A stretch of DNA of 64,000 nt, taken from positions 64,001 to 128,000 of IMG/VR virus record IMGVR_UViG_3300027712_001108; one strand, written 5' to 3'. This stretch comes from a virus. Numbering within the stretch: position 1 is the stretch's first letter; each line of letters opens with the position of its first letter. The position numbers and the translations under genes were made by a program. Positions 56,778 through 64,000 of the stretch are shown here, piece by piece. A model generated the notes under the pieces. That model was not told where the DNA came from and made no database searches. It saw only the letters and a program-made list of their open reading frames with translations.

Positions 56778-57400
56778 CAGTCTTCTGGGCCTAATCCAGA
56801 TTTACGCAGCATGTCTTTAAGTCCGGCAACATGATCAGCAGCAGATTTCTTTTCTTCGCCTTTTACTTTGTAACGGTCGTTGCCTATAGTAGCCAATGTA
56901 CCGCCTATAAACTGTTTGATGATGTGTTGTGCAAAAGCAACTGCACTGGATATAGGCATTCCTGATTTACGTGCAATAGCAGACGCAAGTTCTACTAGTG
57001 TAAATTCACCTAATTCACGTATGGTTTTCAATGCAATAGATGTAAGACGTACTTGATCTCCCATGGCATCTTGAACACCTTGTGGTACTGCTGCGCCTGC
57101 ATCATTGTCTTTCTCTGACCAGCCATACCTTTTATCGCCCAGTCGTTCTATACAGCAACCAAACTTACCTACAACTGCTCGTAATAAATCGGCAACTGGA
57201 TGGTCGTCATCTGGGTGTAACATTCGTATTCTATCAGCCCATTCCTTAACACTGATACCTTCGTCACCTGCATCTTTAACAGCTTCCAATGCATCCAGTA
57301 TGCGAGTTTGCATAGCAGGTGCATGCTTTTTAAGTTCACGTTCTATTTGAAAGTTAATAGACGGTCTGTCAGATATTGATTCTCTTAGTTTTCTTTTCAT
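56777..57400 (-). CDS. Hypothetical late protein
   Basis: ORF track; ATAAATA upstream on the minus strand. Confidence 0.7.
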   Translation of the reverse strand: MKRKLRESISDRPSINFQIERELKKHAPAMQTRILDALEAVKDAGDEGISVKEWADRIRMLHPDDDHPVADLLRAVVGKFGCCIERLGDKRYGWSEKDNDAGAAVPQGVQDAMGDQVRLTSIALKTIRELGEFTLVELASAIARKSGMPISSAVAFAQHIIKQFIGGTLATIGNDRYKVKGEEKKSAADHVAGLKDMLRKSGLGPED

Positions 57401-57504
57401 AGCATGCAGCCTTATATGGTCTATTATTTATTGGAATTTTACCACTTGACAACAGTCAACTAACTGCTATATTACACACATACAAACACACACAGGAGAA
57501 CTAG

Positions 57505-57900
57505 ATGAGTGTTACTAAAGGTGTACTTTATGTTGGAGGCGGACTGCTTGCAGTAGCAGTGTTGTTTGGTGTTGCCACACCCATTCTCAGCGTGCTAACT
57601 GCACCTGGGCGTGTGCTTACTGAAACCATGGGCACCACGAACATTATCAACAACTATGAAATGTTCTTTGATCTCAATGCAGGCTATCAACGTCGCATGG
57701 GCGACATTGCTGGTCATAAAGATGCAGTTGCCACTGCCGCTGGCAATGAAAAGAATCGCTTGACAGTTGAACTGTTGGGTATGAAGAACACTTGCCGTGA
57801 CTTGGTTACTCGCTACAATGCAGAAAGCGCCAAACAGAATCGTGCGCTGTTTAAAGCAGCCAATCTGCCTGGCGAACTTGACATCAACACTTGCAACTGA
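57505..57900 (+). CDS. Membrane-anchored protein
   Basis: AGGAG SD, N-terminal TM, TTGACA..GCTATATT promoter. Confidence 0.75.
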   Translation: MSVTKGVLYVGGGLLAVAVLFGVATPILSVLTAPGRVLTETMGTTNIINNYEMFFDLNAGYQRRMGDIAGHKDAVATAAGNEKNRLTVELLGMKNTCRDLVTRYNAESAKQNRALFKAANLPGELDINTCN

Positions 57901-57912
57901 TAGGATAATAAA

Positions 57913-58458
57913 ATGACAACGAAACGGATTCTCACTAGCTTGGCACTTGTTGCTGGCCTTGGTTTGACATTGATGGCTGGTAGCTGTGATGTGCAGCCCA
58001 ATACTTCAACAAAAAACAGTGAAGCCAGTAAAGCTGCTGCCGCTGCCAACTCTATTAGCTTTGCTGCTGGCAATGCTGAAATCGACAACATCAAGAAGCG
58101 TTTGCAATTGACAAGCGACCCTGCGCTGATGGGTTATATCGTTCTGTTCAATGACATGGGGCAACCCGTCATCTATACCACTGTCAAAGGCAAGGTTACT
58201 TCGGGTGGTAAGCGTCTGACTGCACCTTTCCAAGAAACTGCTCTTACACGCGGCGGAGTTGGTGAAGTAAGTTCGAGTGACTTTACCGATGCACCCAGCG
58301 ATGAAGGCACATGGGGTTCCAGCAATCCATACATTTACTTCTGGACTACCGAAGGTCAATACATCCAGTGGAGCGGTAATTACCTCTACAGCGACAAACC
58401 GTTCCGTTTGAACAGTACTCCGTCTGTGGTACTTGTACAACCTGTACCTGCTAACTAA
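57913..58458 (+). CDS. Putative lipoprotein
   Basis: Signal peptide ending AGSC; DEGTWGSS motif. Confidence 0.75.
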   Translation: MTTKRILTSLALVAGLGLTLMAGSCDVQPNTSTKNSEASKAAAAANSISFAAGNAEIDNIKKRLQLTSDPALMGYIVLFNDMGQPVIYTTVKGKVTSGGKRLTAPFQETALTRGGVGEVSSSDFTDAPSDEGTWGSSNPYIYFWTTEGQYIQWSGNYLYSDKPFRLNSTPSVVLVQPVPAN

Positions 58459-58568
58459 CTAAAATCTCACAATTGACACAGTGAGGCAGCATGCGATTAC
58501 ATGCTGCCTCTATTCATATCATTGCTAAATATCTAGTACATGTTATCAAGTATCTGGAAATTCACACA

Positions 58569-61500
58569 ATGAAAATCAAAAATATCACATCGCGAATTAA
58601 GTTGGCAGAAGCACCTGGTACCGGACAAGCGACTCAGGTACGTCCTGCTACTAATGTGCCACGCGGTATGCGCAATTCTACAGGCAATGGTCCTAAAAAA
58701 CCCACTAACTTTGCAGCAAACGACAATATTGTTAAAAAAGCCGCTGACATGATTGGTAGTACAGGTGCATCAGCTGAAGAAATTGTAGCAAGTCCATGGT
58801 ATGCAAGATGGTACGATACATTTGCAGATGGTGCAAAATTTGCGGGCAAAGGTGCCTGGAATGGTGTTAAGATTGCCGGTAAAGTTGCAAGCAAAGTTGC
58901 ATTGCCATTGCTGGCGTGTGTGGCCATATATGACGGCTATACTCAAATAACTGCCATAGATAAAAATGATACCAATCGTAGAAATAAAATAATTGCTATA
59001 GTAACTAAACTTGTGGCAGATTATGGATTTCCGGCAGTTGCAGGATATCTCGGTGCAATGGCAGGTGGTGCAGTTGGTGCATGGGTAGGCGGAGTAGGTG
59101 CGGCACCTGGTGCATTGATAGGAGGTATTGCCGGAGAAGCTGCTGCGTTTATTACACAATGGCAATATGGTGATAATATAGATCAAGCAATTGAAGATCT
59201 AGTAGATAATGTTCTTATGGATGCACCGCCATTGCGAAAAGCAACAGGTACATACACTGCACCGTATGATGTATCCAACGACGAACAAGGTGCACCGTTA
59301 CCCTATGACGATATTGTGCCTAATCCAATTGTCAATCCAAATTCGAATCCTGTTGTAGATCCTTCTACACCAGTTGTAACTAAACCTGCTGCTGTAACTG
59401 CATCACCCACTGCACAAAATACTGCTAAAAAACCTGAAAGTAAACCAAAAACTGCTGTAACACCAAGTGCTGCAAGTACTACTACAAGACCACCGACTGC
59501 TAAGTTGCCAGTTACAACATCTACACCAACTGTGCCTCAAACTCCAAAGGTTACAATACCTAAAACTCCTACAACTGCAACACAGCCTAATTATGATGAG
59601 TTAACATTCAAGCAGGCATTTGCTCGTGCCAGAGAACGTGCAAGACAATTGTCACCTGATGATGCAGGCAAGTATACATTTACATGGCGTGGTAAACCAT
59701 ATCAAACAAATTACAAAGGCAGTGGCACTGCTGCCAGACCAAATGAGCCTTATATATCTCAGAAAAAGCAGCGCGGTATGATGAGTACTGCACCAATAAA
59801 AAATCCATACGAAAATCCAAAAAACGAAAGCATGAATTTTGCTGTTGATGAAGGAGTGTTAGACGTACTTGGCAGACTTGGTACAGGTATCAAAGGGTTG
59901 TTTAAAGGCGGTAAAGCACTTACCGCAGCAGAGAAAGCAGCAGCTGAAGCCGCCGAAGTCGCAGCAAAAGCTGCTAGAGCATTAGAGAAGACACTGTCTA
60001 ACGGTAGGAAATATAGATACGACGAACTTAAAAAAGTCTGGTATGATGTTGAAAAAGAAGCTACCATAGGTAAAAAAGCAGCACAAGTAAATTCTGCCAG
60101 TGTAGAAGGTCGTGAGCTATATGCTATACGATCTGCAAAAATAGATGCAGAGGCTGCGGCTTCGGCAGGTACCACTGCATCTAAAATTACACCAGAGGTT
60201 AAAGCATTATTACGCAAAAAGCCGCCAGAAAGTTGGACAGTTGCAGAACTTACAAGCTTGGGTCTTAAAATAGAGGATGTGCCATTTTTATCTGCTGCTA
60301 GATCAGTGGGGCTTGACATTGCTGCAACTGCTGACGAAATTGTCAAGGCGCCATGGTATAGTGCATGGAGCAAGCTTGTACATGTCACCGGAGTTGTTTC
60401 TAATAATCTATTAATGGCTGCAATAAATGGTGCAGTGCCTGTATTTGAAGCAATTGGAAAACTACAACAACTTGATAAAAATGATCCAAATTATCAACGT
60501 AGACGAAACGAAATATGGGCAGAGTGTATTGCAAAAATTGGTGTACAGGCAACTGCTGCTATACTAGGTGCCGCAATTGCTCGTAAGTTAGTAGGTAAAG
60601 TCACAGCTAATAACAAAGCAAAATGGGTAGCAACACTGGTTGGAGAGTTTGCAGGGTTGACTGCTGAACAAATTTTCATAGATCCAAGTATAGAATCTAT
60701 AGTGCAAAAAGCCAGCGACGTTATAACAGGAACTACAATACCCAGAGGGCAGGTGACTGATCCCACAACCGGTGAACCTCAGACAAACGCAGATGGCACA
60801 CCTGCAAATTACGGCGATGTTACAAATAATCCATTGTATAAGAAGGCATATAACTGGGCAGTAAAATCTGGATATACAGGTGATGGTCCTGCTAGATTTG
60901 CCATGATGATTTATAAACAAGGGCCAAATGGTCCTCTTGTTAATCAACTAAATGAAACTATTTTAGTTGGATGGCTCTACAAACAACTACAAGAGTCAAC
61001 AGATGCACGACGCACTATTAACATCCACAATAGTATTAGATCTATACTAGCAGAACGTACCAATGCCGATGCAATTGAACGTGTTGCATTCACATTGGTG
61101 GAATCTGGTATATTCAATGAAGATGCCGATAGTGATAACTTTATGACCAATGTCACTGCTGCCATTGCAGCCAATACCAAAGGCGACAAAGTAGGCGCAC
61201 AAAAAGCCCTTGATGCTGCAAAATTGAATAACCCAGCCACAGGCACTGATCAAACCAATCAAAAGAAAATGCTGGATCAATTGACCAAAGCAAATCCCAG
61301 CCTGGCCGTACCCAATACCAATCCAAACTCTACTCAAAATCAAACACCAAATCCCAATGCCACACAGAGTAATGTTGAAGAAGCCGGCGGCATCGGCGGC
61401 GGCATGTCTGGTGGTGCAATACACGGTCAGGCAGTTGGTGCTAATGCAACAGAAGTAATTCAAGCCTATAATGAATTTGCAGCACAATATCCCATTGCTA

Positions 61501-63617
61501 AATTCCTGCTAGATATTGCACCAATAACTGGTACCGCAACAAGTATTATTGACGCATCGCAAGATCTTCGCGATGGCAAATATGGGCAGGCTGCATTAGA
61601 TATGTTAGGTGCATTGCCTGGATTTAAAATAGGCAAGTATCTGAGTCGTGGTTTGCAAAATGCAGTACATGCTATTAATAAAGGTGCACGAGCTGGCAAT
61701 ATAGGCAATGCCGCATCTAACCTGATTGGTAATACAATTGGATCTGCAAGTGAAAGCATTGCACCTAAGATGGGCGATCACGTCATGTTGGAATTGGCAG
61801 ATGGTCGTATGATAGTTGCTCCTATATCAGAGCTTCGCGGCAACAGTATGATTGTTACGCTGGATGAAACTGGACATCAATGGCTGGATGAAAGTCCAAG
61901 TCATGACGCACTTAAAATAGGTGATGGCACACAGTCAATAAGCAGCACTGCACAGTTTTGGAACAGTATGATAGATACACTTGTGCATGATACTCCTTCA
62001 GGTTGGGCGCAGATGTTTGTCAATTTGCAAAATACAACAGGTCATGCTGCAAGAACTATGCCAGCGCAATGGGCTAACATATGGAGACAACAACATATTG
62101 CACTGGGTGACGAAATTACTCGCGGTGATATGTTGACATGGGTAGACGAAGTTGAATCTGCAATAGACCGTAGCGGATTGACCGAATCATCACTGAATCC
62201 TGCAGGTGGTAGTAAACTGCGTGACATGTTAGACAGCAAGGATGCTGCAATGCTGGCAGTTTGGATGTCTAGTCGTGCAGGTGGTAAAGGCATTAGTGTT
62301 GCAAAGTTTACCAAAGACAAAGCTGTACAGTGTGGATTGCCTGCCAATCATTGGTGGGGCAAAATCAAACACCTTGTAAACGAAACTGCTGATCCATATT
62401 CAATGGAAAAGCGTTACTACATTGTGCGTAAAACTTCATCCGCTGCACCTGTAGACGGCATCAGTGGATTCCATCGCAAGAGCCAAGCTGAGAAAAAGCT
62501 TGCCGCTATGAAGAATCCGGATCAGTATATGGTACGTGCAATAGACAGCACTAAACTGCCCAAAGATGAATTCGATGAAGCGGCAATACCTGGAATCAAT
62601 ACCAAAGACACACGCTACGACTATTTTAAACATGGCAGATGGGTTATTATGGTCAGCAAGGAGCCGGTTCTGATGCCAGCACTAACTGGTCCTAATCCCA
62701 AGTACGTGGCCAAAGCAATACTAAGTGATGATCCGCGCAAGCAGCATATCAGTGTAGCAATGACACAGAATGGTGCGGTTGAAGCTGTGTCTAACAAGGC
62801 TATAGATGCCAATCGTGCTAGTTTAGATCCAAACGATTATGAAAACTACGTGATAGATTTTAACGTAGACTTCACTCGCGAATACATGGATCCAAAGACT
62901 GGACATTTCTTTAAGTTTACAATTGGTGCAGATGGACAACCGCGACTAATCAGTGTAGGTCTAGAATGGTATCAAAAGTTTGGCACGGAGATGGATCAGT
63001 TGGGGTTCCGTCGTGCTAGCGACAAGAGTTCGCGCAACATTGATACTCCTAATACCCCTACCTACAGCTTCCCAATAGGCAAGCCCATGGTCAAAAACTT
63101 GGGTCTCATACCAAACATGCGTTACTCAGTTGAGTTAGAAAGCCAAGATGCCGATGGTAACGACGTGTTTATTATTAGCCCGCACAGCAGATATACAGGT
63201 GTGGGTACTCGCATGATGATGAGAACACCTGGCTTTATACTGGCTGCGGTGCCCAAGAATAAAACCGACACTCCCCCGAGCCAATATGTTAATGACATGC
63301 CTGGTCTTGCAAGTTCTGGACTTGACGAAGCAGAGTATAAAGGCAAAACTGTACCTCTTAGCAAACCCATACGTACCAGTCCCAGCGAAGGCGGCAAGTT
63401 CAAAGTCTATGTGAAAGATCCAAAAACTGGCAACATCAAAATGGTTCGCTTTGGTGATACAACTGGGCTCAGTATCAAGCGCGATGATCCCAAGCGCAGA
63501 AAAAACTATCGTGCTAGACATCACTGCGAAAATCCAGGTCCTAAGACCAAAGCCAATTATTGGTCCTGTAAATTCTGGGCCAGTACACCTGTTAGTAAAT
63601 TATTAAAGGGCAAATAA
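58569..63617 (+). CDS. Large multidomain late (probable virion/internal head) protein
   Basis: CTAAATA promoter, duplicated hydrophobic domain, pre-toxin-TG-like motif, C-terminal VRFGD..RARHHC..YWSC domain. Confidence 0.8.
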   Translation: MKIKNITSRIKLAEAPGTGQATQVRPATNVPRGMRNSTGNGPKKPTNFAANDNIVKKAADMIGSTGASAEEIVASPWYARWYDTFADGAKFAGKGAWNGVKIAGKVASKVALPLLACVAIYDGYTQITAIDKNDTNRRNKIIAIVTKLVADYGFPAVAGYLGAMAGGAVGAWVGGVGAAPGALIGGIAGEAAAFITQWQYGDNIDQAIEDLVDNVLMDAPPLRKATGTYTAPYDVSNDEQGAPLPYDDIVPNPIVNPNSNPVVDPSTPVVTKPAAVTASPTAQNTAKKPESKPKTAVTPSAASTTTRPPTAKLPVTTSTPTVPQTPKVTIPKTPTTATQPNYDELTFKQAFARARERARQLSPDDAGKYTFTWRGKPYQTNYKGSGTAARPNEPYISQKKQRGMMSTAPIKNPYENPKNESMNFAVDEGVLDVLGRLGTGIKGLFKGGKALTAAEKAAAEAAEVAAKAARALEKTLSNGRKYRYDELKKVWYDVEKEATIGKKAAQVNSASVEGRELYAIRSAKIDAEAAASAGTTASKITPEVKALLRKKPPESWTVAELTSLGLKIEDVPFLSAARSVGLDIAATADEIVKAPWYSAWSKLVHVTGVVSNNLLMAAINGAVPVFEAIGKLQQLDKNDPNYQRRRNEIWAECIAKIGVQATAAILGAAIARKLVGKVTANNKAKWVATLVGEFAGLTAEQIFIDPSIESIVQKASDVITGTTIPRGQVTDPTTGEPQTNADGTPANYGDVTNNPLYKKAYNWAVKSGYTGDGPARFAMMIYKQGPNGPLVNQLNETILVGWLYKQLQESTDARRTINIHNSIRSILAERTNADAIERVAFTLVESGIFNEDADSDNFMTNVTAAIAANTKGDKVGAQKALDAAKLNNPATGTDQTNQKKMLDQLTKANPSLAVPNTNPNSTQNQTPNPNATQSNVEEAGGIGGGMSGGAIHGQAVGANATEVIQAYNEFAAQYPIAKFLLDIAPITGTATSIIDASQDLRDGKYGQAALDMLGALPGFKIGKYLSRGLQNAVHAINKGARAGNIGNAASNLIGNTIGSASESIAPKMGDHVMLELADGRMIVAPISELRGNSMIVTLDETGHQWLDESPSHDALKIGDGTQSISSTAQFWNSMIDTLVHDTPSGWAQMFVNLQNTTGHAARTMPAQWANIWRQQHIALGDEITRGDMLTWVDEVESAIDRSGLTESSLNPAGGSKLRDMLDSKDAAMLAVWMSSRAGGKGISVAKFTKDKAVQCGLPANHWWGKIKHLVNETADPYSMEKRYYIVRKTSSAAPVDGISGFHRKSQAEKKLAAMKNPDQYMVRAIDSTKLPKDEFDEAAIPGINTKDTRYDYFKHGRWVIMVSKEPVLMPALTGPNPKYVAKAILSDDPRKQHISVAMTQNGAVEAVSNKAIDANRASLDPNDYENYVIDFNVDFTREYMDPKTGHFFKFTIGADGQPRLISVGLEWYQKFGTEMDQLGFRRASDKSSRNIDTPNTPTYSFPIGKPMVKNLGLIPNMRYSVELESQDADGNDVFIISPHSRYTGVGTRMMMRTPGFILAAVPKNKTDTPPSQYVNDMPGLASSGLDEAEYKGKTVPLSKPIRTSPSEGGKFKVYVKDPKTGNIKMVRFGDTTGLSIKRDDPKRRKNYRARHHCENPGPKTKANYWSCKFWASTPVSKLLKGK

Positions 63618-64000
63618 TGTACTATATCATTTATAAAATAACAAACCATATTAATGGACGTTATTACATAGGTCGTCATGCAACTGATAATTTAGATGAT
63701 GGTTATATGGGTAGTGGTAAAGGTATAAAGAATGCCATTGCAAAGTATGGTCTTGATAATTTTACTAAAGATATCATTGCTACAGCAGAAACTGCCGTGG
63801 ATCTATGGCAATTAGAAAAAGATATTGTTAACGAAACAGTAGTTAAAGATCCGTTATCTTATAATATGTCATATGGTGGAAAACATTATCTTGACGGTTT
63901 GAAAAAATATGACGAGCAAGCATTTATTGAACATCAAAGACAAGCAGGATTGCGCGGCGGCAAAGTATCTATAGCTACTCGCAATTCAGCATGGCATGCA
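63617..64000 (+). CDS. GIY-YIG homing endonuclease (truncated by the window end; not in ORF track)
   Basis: MYYIIYKITNHINGRYYIGRH..DGYMGSG motif. Confidence 0.85.
   Translation, partial: MYYIIYKITNHINGRYYIGRHATDNLDDGYMGSGKGIKNAIAKYGLDNFTKDIIATAETAVDLWQLEKDIVNETVVKDPLSYNMSYGGKHYLDGLKKYDEQAFIEHQRQAGLRGGKVSIATRNSAWHA

Overview
Segment of a large (jumbo-type) dsDNA phage genome, probably infecting an alphaproteobacterium. Host evidence: tRNA-His with A73 and no G-1, a DUF1127-like peptide, an alpha-type PstS and TTGACA..GCTAT promoters. Bases ~1.9-34.3 kb form a + strand RNA island with 33 canonical-looking tRNAs covering all 20 amino acids (one is a CUA amber suppressor). They are interleaved with AT-rich cargo (four radical SAM enzymes, methyltransferases, a GH7-like hydrolase, PstS), free-standing HNH endonucleases and many non-canonical RNAs: a permuted YrlA-like tRNA mimic, tRNA bodies with large inserts, a 23S rRNA L11-domain mimic and a GOLLD-like RNA with an embedded tRNA-like domain. 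The island is headed by (i) the suppressor tRNA directly followed by a gene with TAG at codon 3, and (ii) a leader-peptide/antiterminator/terminator attenuator whose 46-codon leader uses all 20 amino acids. Together these suggest translation-sensing control of the tRNA array (inference). Bases 34.3-58.5 kb carry early/auxiliary genes (YhhQ-like transporter, Pth2, RNA end-repair domains, AAA ATPases, MetK, UvsE, NadM-Nudix, NAMPT). The window ends with a ~1680-aa probable virion polyprotein and a truncated GIY-YIG endonuclease. All calls are by eye; no database searches were run.
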